Origin: Escherichia coli
GTDB taxonomy: Bacteria > Pseudomonadota > Gammaproteobacteria > Enterobacterales > Enterobacteriaceae
Length of the DNA: 64,000 nucleotides
Assembly (NCBI RefSeq): GCF_044324785.1
Contig: NZ_CP172127.1
Reading direction: 5' to 3' (one strand)
Position numbers and translations under genes: made by a program. Positions 48,239 through 59,033 of this stretch are shown here, in pieces (positions within the stretch are counted from its first letter, which is position 1; each line of letters begins with the position of its first letter). Below the pieces are notes generated by a model. That model was given only the letters and a program-made list of their open reading frames with translations, searched no databases and had not been told where the DNA came from.

Positions 48239-48996
48239 GCTGGCGTCTGGTCTATGCATCAACCGTTGGAACGTCGCACATCAGCGCGGACTTGCCTTGC
48301 CAGGATGCCTGCCAGATGCAGGTTGCCTGGTTAAATGACCAGCAGCCATTATTGTCGGTATTTGTCGCTGATGGCGCAGGCAGTGTCTCGCAGGGTGGCG
48401 AAGGCGCGATGCTCGCCGTCAATGAAGCGATGGCTTATATGTCGCAAAAAGTGCAGGGCGGGGAATTGGGGCTTAATGATGTCCTCGCCACGGATATTGT
48501 GCTGACCGTTCGTCAGCGACTTTTTGCCGAGGCGGAAGCCAAAGAATTAGCTGTTCGCGATTTTGCCTGCACGTTTCTGGGACTGATTTCATCGCCTAAC
48601 GGCACCCTGATTATGCAGATTGGCGATGGCGGCGTGGTGGTAGATTTGGGGCACGGTCTGCAACTGCCGCTCACGCCGATGGTGGGTGAATATGTCAACA
48701 TGACGCACTTCATTACCGATGAAGATGCGGTTTCCAGACTGGAAACTTTCACCAGCACTGAGCGTGCGCACAAAGTTGCAGCATTTACGGATGGTATCCA
48801 GCGGCTGGCGTTAAATATGCTGGATAATTCTCCCCATGTGCCTTTCTTTACCCCGTTTTTCAATGGGCTGGCGTCAGCAACGCAGGAACAACTCGATTTA
48901 TTACCTGAATTGTTAAAGCAGTTTTTGTCCAGCCCGGCGGTAAACGAGCGTACCGATGATGATAAAACGTTGGCACTGGCGCTGTGGACAGAATGA
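48235..48996 (+). CDS. yegK: PP2C-like Ser/Thr phosphatase YegK (PphC)
   Basis: 253 aa with a 4-nt overlap with yegL, matches K-12 YegK. Confidence 0.92.
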   Translation: MSWRLVYASTVGTSHISADLPCQDACQMQVAWLNDQQPLLSVFVADGAGSVSQGGEGAMLAVNEAMAYMSQKVQGGELGLNDVLATDIVLTVRQRLFAEAEAKELAVRDFACTFLGLISSPNGTLIMQIGDGGVVVDLGHGLQLPLTPMVGEYVNMTHFITDEDAVSRLETFTSTERAHKVAAFTDGIQRLALNMLDNSPHVPFFTPFFNGLASATQEQLDLLPELLKQFLSSPAVNERTDDDKTLALALWTE

Positions 48997-49005
48997 ACAT
49001 CGCAT

Positions 49006-49033
49006 GGCGGTTGAAGACAACAGTTCAACCGCC
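49006..49033. terminator. Bidirectional hairpin between convergent yegK and yegJ
   Basis: 10-bp stem GGCGGTTGAA / TTCAACCGCC with an 8-nt loop. Confidence 0.55.
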
Positions 49034-49060
49034 AGTTTAAGCAATCAATATAATGGCTGG

Positions 49061-49522
49061 TTAGCGAACTAATTTTGCTCTTAGCTCGTCGGCTTCTTCT
49101 TTTGGATAGGTGACCAATAAAGGATCAATGGTATAACCGCCGTAAATTTTATCCCCGCGTGTATACATCCAGTCTGAAATATCTTCTTTCTTGATTTTCC
49201 ACTCCTGACCATATTCTACGTTTGTAACAATACCAGGGTCATTGCTTATTACGCCAATAAACATGCCGTTAGAATAAGTGACATCCGTGAGCCAGAAATG
49301 CTCGGTTCTTCCGTGATCGGTTATCGGGGCTTTGACTGCGAAAGTATCGGCATCTTTTTTATTCATAACCTCGATGAATTTATCAGTTTCTTTCCGCGCA
49401 TGTTGAATGGCGTCAGACATCGCTTGTTTATCATAACCTCCCGTCACTAACGTATCCGAAACTTCACTAAAGCCCGCGGTAGTAAAAAATAGCAGACTCA
49501 ACATAAGTAATATCTTTTTCAT
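49061..49522 (-). CDS. yegJ: DUF2314 secreted protein YegJ
   Basis: 153 aa with the signal peptide MKKILLMLSLLFFTTAGFS, matches K-12 YegJ. Confidence 0.9.
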   Translation of the reverse strand: MKKILLMLSLLFFTTAGFSEVSDTLVTGGYDKQAMSDAIQHARKETDKFIEVMNKKDADTFAVKAPITDHGRTEHFWLTDVTYSNGMFIGVISNDPGIVTNVEYGQEWKIKKEDISDWMYTRGDKIYGGYTIDPLLVTYPKEEADELRAKLVR

Positions 49523-49722
49523 TTTTTCTCCAGAATCCCTGTGTAGTAAAAGTTAGCAATAAACCTGTGGAAGTGAATCATTATCAGGTTGGAATTGAAT
49601 TGTATCCTGATGAAATTGCATTATCATTTTTATTCTTGAGTGGGACTCTTCCCATATAGAAATAATTATAATAGGCAGTGTTATTATTCATTGAAATATA
49701 ATATGACTGCCCTTGAAACATT

Positions 49723-51669
49723 ATGAAGACAAATATAAAAGTATTTACATCGACAGGTGAATTGACCACTCTCGGGCGTGAACTGGGCAAAGGTGGCGAA
49801 GGCGCGGTTTATGATATCGAGGAGTTAGTCGATAGCGTCGCCAAGATTTATCACACGCCGCCACCCGCCTTAAAACAGGACAAACTTGCCTTTATGGCTG
49901 CGACAGCTGATGCGCAGTTGCTGAATTATGTCGCCTGGCCGCAGGCAACGCTTCACGGTGGACGAGGCGGAAAAGTAATCGGTTTTATGATGCCAAAAGT
50001 TTCTGGTAAAGAACCGATTCATATGATCTATAGCCCGGCACATCGTCGTCAACGTTACCCTCATTGTGCGTGGGATTTTCTACTCTATGTTGCGCGCAAT
50101 ATTGCTTCATCTTTTGCTACGGTTCACGAGCACGGGCATGTCGTGGGTGACGTAAACCAGAACAGCTTTATGGTAGGCCGTGACAGCAAAGTGGTGTTGA
50201 TTGATAGCGACTCCTTTCAGATTAACGCCAATGGCACACTGCATTTATGCGAAGTCGGCGTGTCGCATTTTACGCCGCCAGAGCTGCAAACCTTGCCATC
50301 ATTTGTCGGCTTTGAACGCACCGCGAATCACGATAATTTTGGCCTTGCGTTGCTGATTTTTCACGTCTTGTTTGGTGGTCGGCATCCTTATTCCGGTGTA
50401 CCGCTTATCTCTGATGCGGGTAATGCACTGGAGACGGATATTGCCCATTTCCGTTATGCCTACGCATCAGATAATCAGCGACGTGGTTTAAAACCGCCGC
50501 CACGATCTATTCCGCTGTCGATGTTACCAGGTGATGTTGAAGCCATGTTTCAGCAGGCATTCACGGAAAGTGGCGTGGCAACCGGGCGTCCGACGGCAAA
50601 AGCGTGGGTAGCGGCACTTGATTCTCTACGCCAACAGTTAAAGAAATGTACCGTTTCGGCAATGCATGTTTACCCCGGTCATTTGACTGACTGCCCGTGG
50701 TGTGCGCTGGATAATCAAGGCGTTATCTATTTTATTGATCTCGGCGAAGAGGTCATTACCACCAGCGGTGATTTTGTGCTGGCGAAAGTCTGGGCGATGG
50801 TGATGGCGTCAGTTGCACCACCAGCATTGCAACTGCCATTACCCGATCATTTCCAACCGACTGGCAGGCCGCTTCCTTTAGGCCTGTTACGGCGTGAATA
50901 CATCATTCTGATTGAGATCGGACTGTCAGCGTTATCGCTGTTGCTTTGCGGCCTTCAGGCAGAACCGCGTTATATTATTTTGGTTCCTGTGCTGGCGGCT
51001 ATCTGGATTATTGGCAGCCTGACAAGCAAAGCGTACAAAGCAGAAATCCAGCAACGCCGTGAGGCGTTTAATCGCGCGAAAATGGACTATGACCATTTAG
51101 TCAGCCAGATCCAACGGTTGGGCGGGCTGGAAGGTTTTATCGCCAAACGGACGATGCTCGAAAAAATGAAGGACGAAATTCTTGGGTTACCGGAAGAAGA
51201 GAAACGCGCTCTGGCAGCACTTCAGGACACCGCAAGGGAACGGCAGAAGCAGAAGTTTCTGGAGGGATTTTTTATTGATGTTGCCTCTATTCCCGGCGTT
51301 GGCCCTGCGCGTAAAGCGGCGTTACGGTCCTTTGGTATTGAAACGGCGGCAGACGTTACCCGACGGAGCGTTAAGCAAGTTAGAGGTTTTGGTGATCATC
51401 TGACCCAGGCGGTTATCGACTGGAAAGCAAGTTGCGAACGCCGTTTTGTGTTCAGGCCGAATGAAGCGGTAACGCCAGCAGACAGACAAGCGGTAATGGC
51501 AAAAATGGCCGCCAAACGACATCGGCTGGAATCGACGTTGACTGTCGGCGCGACAGAGTTGCAGCGATTCCGCCTTCATGCTCCAGCACGGACCATGCCG
51601 TTGATGGAACCTTTACGTCAGGCGGCAGAAAAACTGGCTCAGGCGCAGGCTGATTTAAGCCGTTGCTGA
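49723..51669 (+). CDS. yegI: Ser/Thr protein kinase-like protein YegI (kinase domain, TM region, C-terminal coiled coil and HhH-like motif)
   Basis: 648 aa with the Gly loop LGKGGEGAVY and VGDVNQNSF / DSDSFQ catalytic-type motifs. The sequence ASIPGVGPARKAALRSFGIETAADV looks helix-hairpin-helix like. Matches K-12 YegI. Confidence 0.92.
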   Translation: MKTNIKVFTSTGELTTLGRELGKGGEGAVYDIEELVDSVAKIYHTPPPALKQDKLAFMAATADAQLLNYVAWPQATLHGGRGGKVIGFMMPKVSGKEPIHMIYSPAHRRQRYPHCAWDFLLYVARNIASSFATVHEHGHVVGDVNQNSFMVGRDSKVVLIDSDSFQINANGTLHLCEVGVSHFTPPELQTLPSFVGFERTANHDNFGLALLIFHVLFGGRHPYSGVPLISDAGNALETDIAHFRYAYASDNQRRGLKPPPRSIPLSMLPGDVEAMFQQAFTESGVATGRPTAKAWVAALDSLRQQLKKCTVSAMHVYPGHLTDCPWCALDNQGVIYFIDLGEEVITTSGDFVLAKVWAMVMASVAPPALQLPLPDHFQPTGRPLPLGLLRREYIILIEIGLSALSLLLCGLQAEPRYIILVPVLAAIWIIGSLTSKAYKAEIQQRREAFNRAKMDYDHLVSQIQRLGGLEGFIAKRTMLEKMKDEILGLPEEEKRALAALQDTARERQKQKFLEGFFIDVASIPGVGPARKAALRSFGIETAADVTRRSVKQVRGFGDHLTQAVIDWKASCERRFVFRPNEAVTPADRQAVMAKMAAKRHRLESTLTVGATELQRFRLHAPARTMPLMEPLRQAAEKLAQAQADLSRC

Positions 51670-51681
51670 GCAAGTTTTCAA

Positions 51682-53034
51682 TTAACGAAACACCACTTCC
51701 GCCCAGCGTGCCAGCCCGGCGGTGACGGAGCCAAAGTCATCGCCACCTGCAATCGGAATGCCCGGCAACTGTTCTGTCAGCGCTTTTTTAATCAGCGGTG
51801 AACGGGCGCTACCGCCGGTCAGATAGATAACATCCGGTTTTTCCTGGGCGTTATCCAGCGCCAGTTGCACCTGTTCCAGAATCCGCGCCAGCGGCTGGCT
51901 GAGGGCGCTTTCCAGCCCTTGTCGGCTAATCAGCGTTGCCAATTCATCGCTGATAAACGGCAGTGAGGCGCGGGTTTCCGCTACGCTTGAAAGCGCAATT
52001 TTGCTCTCTTCTGCGCTGCGCACCAGGCGATAGCTTAAACGCTGACGCCAGACTTTCTGTAACAGGGCCACTTTCTCCGGTTCGCGGGCATCGCGTACCA
52101 GATCGTTAAGCAGACGACCGTTGGCACTACTGTAGAAATCACTTTGCGCAGGGACGTCGTTGATGGCAACCGCATTCCACCACGGCAGGATCGGCAGGGC
52201 GATGCCTTTTTCGGTTTCGCCACCCATGCCAAGTAACGGCATCAGGTTTTTAAACGCCAGCGCGATATCCAGATCGTTACCACCAATACGGCAACCACTG
52301 TGACCCAGCAGGCTGGCTTCACGATCGAGACGCGAACGCCACTGCGGCCCCATCAGCAGCAATGAACAGTCAGTCGTACCACCGCCGATATCCACCACCA
52401 GCACCCGTTTTTCTTCCTGCAAGGTGGCTTCGTAATCCAGCCCAGCCGCGACCGGCTCGTACTGGAATACCACGTCCCTGAATCCGGCACGCTTCGCCGC
52501 GCGTTCCAGAATCCCTTGCGCCTGGGCGTTTGCTTCATCGCCGCCCAGCCCCTGGAAGTTGATCGGGCGACCAATCACCGCCTGAGTAATCGCTTCTGGC
52601 AGCTGCGCCTGCGCCTGCTGGCGAATGTGCAACATCATTGCGCAGACCAGATCCTCAAACAGCGCTACCTGCTGCGGTTTTAAGCCGCTGGCACCGAGGA
52701 ACGATTTTGGTGATTTCACAAACCACACTTCTTCTGGATCATCAATGTACTGTGCCAGTGAGGAAAGACCGAACTGCACGCTTTTCGCCGTAACATCGAT
52801 ATCTTCTTCGCGGTTATAACGAATCGCCCGACGCAACAGCGCCTGCGTTTCATCGTCGTCTGCCGGAACATCATGATGGCGGTACAGCCATTCGCTTACC
52901 GCTTCACGCGTTGGCGCGCAAAGCATTGAAGGCAGCAGCGTGCTGTCGTTTTCCATTTTTAGCAAGTGCGGTTTACCGTCACGCATGACCGCCACTGAAC
53001 AGTTTGCTGTACCGTAATCAAAACCAATAAACAC
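51682..53034 (-). CDS. yegD: Hsp70/actin-fold ATPase YegD
   Basis: GTG start giving (M)FIGFDYGTANCSVAVM (450 aa), as in K-12. The track ORF extends 21 codons upstream. Confidence 0.9.
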   Translation of the reverse strand: MFIGFDYGTANCSVAVMRDGKPHLLKMENDSTLLPSMLCAPTREAVSEWLYRHHDVPADDDETQALLRRAIRYNREEDIDVTAKSVQFGLSSLAQYIDDPEEVWFVKSPKSFLGASGLKPQQVALFEDLVCAMMLHIRQQAQAQLPEAITQAVIGRPINFQGLGGDEANAQAQGILERAAKRAGFRDVVFQYEPVAAGLDYEATLQEEKRVLVVDIGGGTTDCSLLLMGPQWRSRLDREASLLGHSGCRIGGNDLDIALAFKNLMPLLGMGGETEKGIALPILPWWNAVAINDVPAQSDFYSSANGRLLNDLVRDAREPEKVALLQKVWRQRLSYRLVRSAEESKIALSSVAETRASLPFISDELATLISRQGLESALSQPLARILEQVQLALDNAQEKPDVIYLTGGSARSPLIKKALTEQLPGIPIAGGDDFGSVTAGLARWAEVVFR

Positions 53035-53167
53035 GAAATAATCCCCATGCCGGTGAAGAAGGGGCGTGACTTTAGCGAAATGTTGCCGTCGCGACAACCG
53101 GAATATGAAAGCAAAGCGTAGCGTCTGAATAACGTTTATGCTGAAAGCGGATTAACAAGGAGATGCG

Positions 53168-54025
53168 ATGTATACCCTGAACTGGCAGCCGCCATATGAC
53201 TGGTCGTGGATGTTGGGATTTCTCGCCGCCCGTGCGGTGAGCGGTGTTGAAACGGTTGCGGACGATTATTATGCCCGTAGTCTGGAGGTGGGCGAATATC
53301 GCGGCGTGGTGACTGCTATTCCGGATATAGCCAGCCATACTCTGCACATAAATTTAAGTGCAGGTTTAGAACCTGTTGCCGCTGAGTGTCTGGCGAAAAT
53401 GAGCCGCCAGTTTGATCTGCAATGTCACCCGCAGATTGTTAACGGTGCGTTGGGCAAGTTAGGCGCGGCGCGGCCCGGATTGCGTTTACCCGGCAGTGTT
53501 GATGCTTTTGAGCAGGGCGTGCGGGCGATTTTAGGCCAACTGGTGAGCGTGGCGATGGCGGCAAAATTGACCGCCAGAGTGGCACAGCTTTATGGCGAAC
53601 GGCTGGATGATTTTCCGGACTATGTCTGCTTCCCCACGCCTCAGCGGCTGGCTGCAGCCGACCCGCAGGCATTAAAAGCGTTAGGTATGCCGTTGAAACG
53701 GGCAGAGGCACTGATTCATCTGGCAAATGCGGCGCTGGAGGGCACCTTACCAATGACAATTCCGGGCGACGTAGAACAAGCGATGAAAACGCTGCAAACT
53801 TTTCCGGGTATCGGGCGCTGGACGGCGAATTATTTCGCCTTACGTGGCTGGCAGGCGAAAGATGTTTTCCTGCCGGATGATTATCTGATTAAACAGCGAT
53901 TTCCGGGAATGACACCGGCACAAATCCGCCGTTATGCCGAACGCTGGAAGCCCTGGCGTTCTTATGCGCTGTTGCATATCTGGTATACGGAAGGCTGGCA
54001 ACCAGACGGAACGGACGAATTGTAG
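53168..54025 (+). CDS. alkA: 3-methyladenine DNA glycosylase II AlkA
   Basis: MYTLNWQPPYDWSWMLGFLAARAVSGVETV matches K-12 AlkA. The C-terminal few residues differ. Confidence 0.93.
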   Translation: MYTLNWQPPYDWSWMLGFLAARAVSGVETVADDYYARSLEVGEYRGVVTAIPDIASHTLHINLSAGLEPVAAECLAKMSRQFDLQCHPQIVNGALGKLGAARPGLRLPGSVDAFEQGVRAILGQLVSVAMAAKLTARVAQLYGERLDDFPDYVCFPTPQRLAAADPQALKALGMPLKRAEALIHLANAALEGTLPMTIPGDVEQAMKTLQTFPGIGRWTANYFALRGWQAKDVFLPDDYLIKQRFPGMTPAQIRRYAERWKPWRSYALLHIWYTEGWQPDGTDEL

Positions 54026-54062
54026 GCCTGATACGCCGCATCAGTCGATGGGGAAGCACGCC

Positions 54063-57000
54063 TTAGTTAATCGCGAAATAACTGCTATTCACCAGCAAAT
54101 CCAGCGGTTGGGCATCGGCAATCACATCGCCATAAATCAGATCGACGCCGATGCCAGAAAGCGTATCCATCACCAGGGGTAAAACGACTGGCCCGGCGAT
54201 GGTCTTCATCCCGAGCCGCTGAGCGTGCCCCTGAATGATCGTAATCAGCATCTCATCCATCAAATTTCCCTGCACGTTGGCGCATAACTCACCATCAAGT
54301 AGCAGATAATCTGCCATATTTGCTTTCAGCGAGTTGAAGATTTGCAGATCGCGGCCCACCTGACTGAATACGATCCGACATCCCGCCAGCCGCAGTTTTT
54401 GCACGCTTTCTGCGTGATCTAAAATCGCGTCTGCCGGAATAATCAGATGTAATAACCGTGGTGGTATAGGGCTATTTTCCAGCTGCTCAATTAGTTCATT
54501 CACCAGCGTGGCGCTACTCAAACCGGCAACGGAAAGGGGGAGGGCGATGCTTAAGCCTTTACTGGCAATCGCTTTTGCGGCCTGCTGGAAAAAATCGTGG
54601 AATACCCGTCGGTCAAGAGCATGGCTAAGTGCCGGATCGCTGAAGCTACGACGAAATGTTTGTTCATCAATAATCTCGCCTTCGCAACTCCAGAGCTTAA
54701 GTGAAATCAGCCACAAATTACGTGCTTCCGGGATCCGCGGCGAAGCGACACCGTGGGCGATCATCATCAACTGATTTTCTTTAATCATCCGCCACTGTTC
54801 ATCAAGCGATATCGCCGCCCGTTCGCTATGTGCGGCAGCTTGCTGTGGTTCGTAAACCGTCACGCGGCCCCGTCCACCATTTTTGGAGGCATAACAGGCG
54901 ATATCAGCCTGCGACATCACTTCTGCCGCCTGATGATTGTTGTCATCAATCAAGGTAATCCCGGCACTGGCACCTACCCGATGTACACGTCCTTCCCATA
55001 TAAAGTGATAGTCATTCACGGCACTGATAATGCGTGTAGCGATAAAACGCGCGCTTTCAACATTACAGTCTGGTAGCAGCAGACCAAATTCATCCCCACC
55101 GAGTCGCGCCAGCACGTCGCTGGAGCGCAGCATACTCAGCATCAACGACGCCAGTTCGCGCAGCAAAGCGTCGCCAGCGGCGTGCCCGGCGCTGTCATTC
55201 ACCGCTTTAAAGCGATCAAGATCGATAAACACCAGTGCATGTCGCTGATGTGTACTGTTTACCGTTTGCAGCAGGATGCGTAGTTGTTTCTCAAAACTGG
55301 CGCGGTTGGCGAGATGCGTCAGTGCATCATGGGAGGCGCTGTAGCTCAGCTGGCGCAGCATTTTACGCGATTCGGTGACGTCCTGAATCACCAGAACCGA
55401 ACCAATATTGCTGCCGTCCAGAGTACTTAACGGCGTAATACTGTAATGCACGTCGTAGCTGCCGCCGCTTCGGCAGTGCAACACCACATCTTGTTCAATC
55501 GCGGAACGTGAGGTGTCGGCACTGTAAATGTTCTCCATTAATGGTCCGTTGTCGCCAAAAGTAATATGCAACACCGTCAGGAGTGGAACACCTAACGCTT
55601 CTTCCTGCGTCCAGCCGCTCATCTTCTCCGCCACCGGATTCATAAAGGTAATTTTCATTGCCATATCAATACAGACCACGGCTTCGCCGATGGAATCCAG
55701 CGTTATGTGCAGGCGCTCTTTTTCCTGAAACAATGCCTCGTTAAGCTGTTTCACTTCGGTCATATCCATATTAATGCCGAGCAGGCGTTCGACTTCGCCT
55801 TCTTTATTCAGTACCCGGTTGGCGAGGGCGCGGATATGGCGAATACCGTCTTTCACGGTAATGCGAAATTCCAGTTTAAAGGGAGAGCGTGATTGCAATG
55901 AATCGCGAATCACTTTTTCGGCGTGCTGGCGATCTTCCGGCAGCACGCAGTCGTACCACACCTGCCAGTTCGGTTTGATATGCGGAGGAATTTCATACAG
56001 CTCGAACATCCGCTTATCCCAGCTAAAAATATTCGGCTTAAGCTCCCACTCCCAGATGCCAATCCCGCCCGCTTCGTTAGCCAGCGTGATGCGCTCCATC
56101 AGTTGCTGGTTCACCTGTTCGGTGCGTTTTAGCTCGTTAATGTCTTCAATCTGAGCGATAAAATAGAGCGGCGTGCCATCCGTGTGGCGCACCAGTGAGA
56201 CGGCAAGCAACGCCCAGACAACATCGCCATTGCGGTTGTAGTAGCGTTTTTCCATTGAATAGGTGTTTATTTCACCGCTTATCAGCTTTTCAACCTGTTG
56301 GAGATCTTTATTGAGATCCTCCGGCCAGGTCAGTTGCTGAAAGGTGAGTCCGCGCAGCTCTTCCTGACTGTAACCGAGAAACTGGCAGAGCGCTTTGTTG
56401 GATTGCAGCCATTGCCCCTCGGTGCCCACTAATGCCATGCCGATGGCGGAATATTCCATGGCATTACGAAAACGGGTTTCGCTTTCAGAGATGTGTTTGC
56501 GTTCCGCACGAAAGGCATACATCACCATCGTCATGATGTTGGCGGGCAGCAGGATCAGCAAAAACGGTAGCCACGGCATATGGCTCATCAGGTATGTACG
56601 CGGCGTAGCAAGCAGGGAGGGATCAGCGGCCATCATCAGTGACACCATCATCACCGTGGTAAGGAAGATCAAAAAGGCTTCCATTCGTGGCAGGCGCACG
56701 GCGCTCCACATCAACAGCACAATAATGAAAGTAAAAGGCCACGGCAGATACAGCATCGAAAGCCAGCTTAACGTCAGTGTGATGGCCAACGTGAGCAGCG
56801 ACTCAAAAAGCAACCGTGGGTTGCGATGGCGCAGCAGATAGTGTGGTTTAAATAACAATCCCAGCGGCACCAGTGCCAGTGCGCCGATGGATTCTGAAAG
56901 TACCCATATCAAAAATGCCCTGAGAGGATCGTCTCCGGGCGTCAGCAGGACAACCAGAACACCCCCCAACAGAGGCGGAACAATGGCGCTGCCGAGTGCC

Positions 57001-57380
57001 AGACGCAGCCAGTCAGCCAGATTTTGCAATGGGTTATACCACGGCAGCAATTTACGCAGTAGCACTGCCCCGACCACGGCTTCAACAATATTGATGGTCG
57101 TCCAGGTCATGTTCAGCGAGCTGGTGGAAAAAAGCAGGATGGATGCGGCGATATTTCCCAGTGAGCAGCTCAGCGCAATCCCCGGCCACATGCGCCCGGC
57201 ATGGCGATAAAACGCCACCATCATGATGGACGTCGGGAACCACAGTGGGGCGAGTTGGGTGCCAAACTGCGAAAGCTCAAGCGAGAAAAGGGTAAAGATA
57301 AACGAGACTAAACCTAAACTGACCAGGTGAAGCAGCGGGTGGGGCAGGGCAATTAATACATGCTGTGATTGTTTGCTCAT
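54063..57380 (-). CDS. dgcE: Diguanylate cyclase DgcE (MASE1-PAS-GGDEF-degenerate EAL)
   Basis: 1105 aa with the GGDEF motif RLGGDEFGLL, matches K-12 YegE/DgcE. Confidence 0.93.
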   Translation of the reverse strand: MSKQSQHVLIALPHPLLHLVSLGLVSFIFTLFSLELSQFGTQLAPLWFPTSIMMVAFYRHAGRMWPGIALSCSLGNIAASILLFSTSSLNMTWTTINIVEAVVGAVLLRKLLPWYNPLQNLADWLRLALGSAIVPPLLGGVLVVLLTPGDDPLRAFLIWVLSESIGALALVPLGLLFKPHYLLRHRNPRLLFESLLTLAITLTLSWLSMLYLPWPFTFIIVLLMWSAVRLPRMEAFLIFLTTVMMVSLMMAADPSLLATPRTYLMSHMPWLPFLLILLPANIMTMVMYAFRAERKHISESETRFRNAMEYSAIGMALVGTEGQWLQSNKALCQFLGYSQEELRGLTFQQLTWPEDLNKDLQQVEKLISGEINTYSMEKRYYNRNGDVVWALLAVSLVRHTDGTPLYFIAQIEDINELKRTEQVNQQLMERITLANEAGGIGIWEWELKPNIFSWDKRMFELYEIPPHIKPNWQVWYDCVLPEDRQHAEKVIRDSLQSRSPFKLEFRITVKDGIRHIRALANRVLNKEGEVERLLGINMDMTEVKQLNEALFQEKERLHITLDSIGEAVVCIDMAMKITFMNPVAEKMSGWTQEEALGVPLLTVLHITFGDNGPLMENIYSADTSRSAIEQDVVLHCRSGGSYDVHYSITPLSTLDGSNIGSVLVIQDVTESRKMLRQLSYSASHDALTHLANRASFEKQLRILLQTVNSTHQRHALVFIDLDRFKAVNDSAGHAAGDALLRELASLMLSMLRSSDVLARLGGDEFGLLLPDCNVESARFIATRIISAVNDYHFIWEGRVHRVGASAGITLIDDNNHQAAEVMSQADIACYASKNGGRGRVTVYEPQQAAAHSERAAISLDEQWRMIKENQLMMIAHGVASPRIPEARNLWLISLKLWSCEGEIIDEQTFRRSFSDPALSHALDRRVFHDFFQQAAKAIASKGLSIALPLSVAGLSSATLVNELIEQLENSPIPPRLLHLIIPADAILDHAESVQKLRLAGCRIVFSQVGRDLQIFNSLKANMADYLLLDGELCANVQGNLMDEMLITIIQGHAQRLGMKTIAGPVVLPLVMDTLSGIGVDLIYGDVIADAQPLDLLVNSSYFAIN

Positions 57381-57697
57381 TACCGCTTTATCCGCAAGAC
57401 CAGGTCGCCAGTATTCGTTTCTGTGTTTATGCTAGTACAAAAGTTTTACATTTTATATGCGAATTGCTCATAAAGTGACGTAAAGGCGGATAATTTGCGC
57501 AACTGCGTATAACAATTTTTACCTTGTATAAAACTGATCAACGTAATTTGCCACCGGGAATTCTTCGTCAACAATTAACTCTGAGCGCGCGGCAACGCTA
57601 TTCGACTGGTATCAGGCGGATGAAATCCCTATAATTGCCGCGTTTGGCGCTTCGTCGCCCCCTTCCTAACATCCAGGTTAATCAGGTCGCTAAATAT

Positions 57698-58339
57698 ATG
57701 ACTGATCAGTCTCATCAGTGCGTCATTATCGGTATCGCTGGCGCATCGGCTTCCGGCAAGAGTCTTATTGCCAGTACCCTTTATCGTGAATTACGTGAGC
57801 AAGTCGGTGATGAACACATCGGCGTAATTCCCGAAGACTGCTATTACAAAGATCAAAGCCATCTGTCGATGGAAGAACGCGTTAAGACCAACTACGACCA
57901 TCCCAGCGCGATGGATCACAGCCTGCTGCTTGAGCATTTACAAGCGTTGAAACGCGGCTCGGCAATTGACCTGCCGGTTTACAGCTATGTTGAACATACG
58001 CGTATGAAAGAAACGGTGACGGTTGAGCCGAAGAAAGTCATCATTCTCGAAGGCATTTTGCTGCTGACGGATGCGCGTTTGCGTGACGAACTTAACTTCT
58101 CAATTTTCGTTGATACCCCGCTGGATATCTGCCTGATGCGCCGCATCAAGCGTGACGTTAACGAGCGTGGGCGTTCAATGGATTCAGTGATGGCGCAATA
58201 TCAAAAAACCGTGCGCCCGATGTTCCTGCAATTCATTGAGCCTTCTAAACAATATGCGGACATTATCGTGCCGCGCGGCGGGAAAAACCGCATCGCCATC
58301 GATATATTGAAAGCGAAAATAAGTCAGTTCTTTGAATAA
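57698..58339 (+). CDS. udk: Uridine/cytidine kinase
   Basis: Trimmed to [25 protein letters not shown] (213 aa), matches K-12 Udk. Confidence 0.94.
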
Positions 58340-58430
58340 GCTTGATAAATTGTGTACCGTTCAGTGATAACCTGGTATGCCCTTGACGTAATTGGCGTTA
58401 AGGGAGTGATGCACGAAAGGAGAAAATGCC

Positions 58431-59012
58431 ATGCGTCTGTGTGACCGAGATATTGAAGCCTGGCTTGATGAAGGCCGTTTGTCGATCAACCCACGTCCGC
58501 CAGTGGAGCGTATTAACGGCGCGACGGTGGATGTGCGCCTGGGCAATAAATTTCGTACCTTCCGTGGTCACACGGCAGCGTTTATCGATCTGAGCGGTCC
58601 CAAAGATGAAGTGAGCGCCGCGCTTGACCGCGTGATGAGCGATGAGATCGTACTCGATGAAAGCGAGGCGTTTTATCTTCACCCAGGAGAGCTGGCGCTG
58701 GCGGTGACGCTGGAGTCGGTGACGCTGCCAGCCGATCTGGTGGGATGGCTGGACGGTCGTTCCTCACTGGCGCGTCTGGGGCTGATGGTGCACGTCACCG
58801 CGCACCGTATCGATCCGGGCTGGTCTGGCTGTATTGTGCTGGAGTTCTACAACTCCGGTAAGCTGCCGCTGGCGCTGCGTCCGGGCATGTTAATTGGTGC
58901 GCTGAGCTTTGAGCCGCTTTCCGGCCCGGCGGCGCGACCTTACAACCGCCGTGAAGATGCGAAATATCGCAACCAGCAGGGCGCGGTAGCCAGCCGAATC
59001 GATAAAGACTAA
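58431..59012 (+). CDS. dcd: dCTP deaminase
   Basis: 193 aa, [23 protein letters not shown], matches K-12 Dcd. Confidence 0.95.
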   Translation: MRLCDRDIEAWLDEGRLSINPRPPVERINGATVDVRLGNKFRTFRGHTAAFIDLSGPKDEVSAALDRVMSDEIVLDESEAFYLHPGELALAVTLESVTLPADLVGWLDGRSSLARLGLMVHVTAHRIDPGWSGCIVLEFYNSGKLPLALRPGMLIGALSFEPLSGPAARPYNRREDAKYRNQQGAVASRIDKD

Positions 59013-59033
59013 TTCAGGCCCATTGAGGATACC

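Noticed and set aside
49584-49790. A 68-aa minus-strand ORF in the yegJ-yegI intergenic region.
   Set aside because: It is an extremely AT-rich promoter region with a low-complexity translation, and it overlaps the yegI start.
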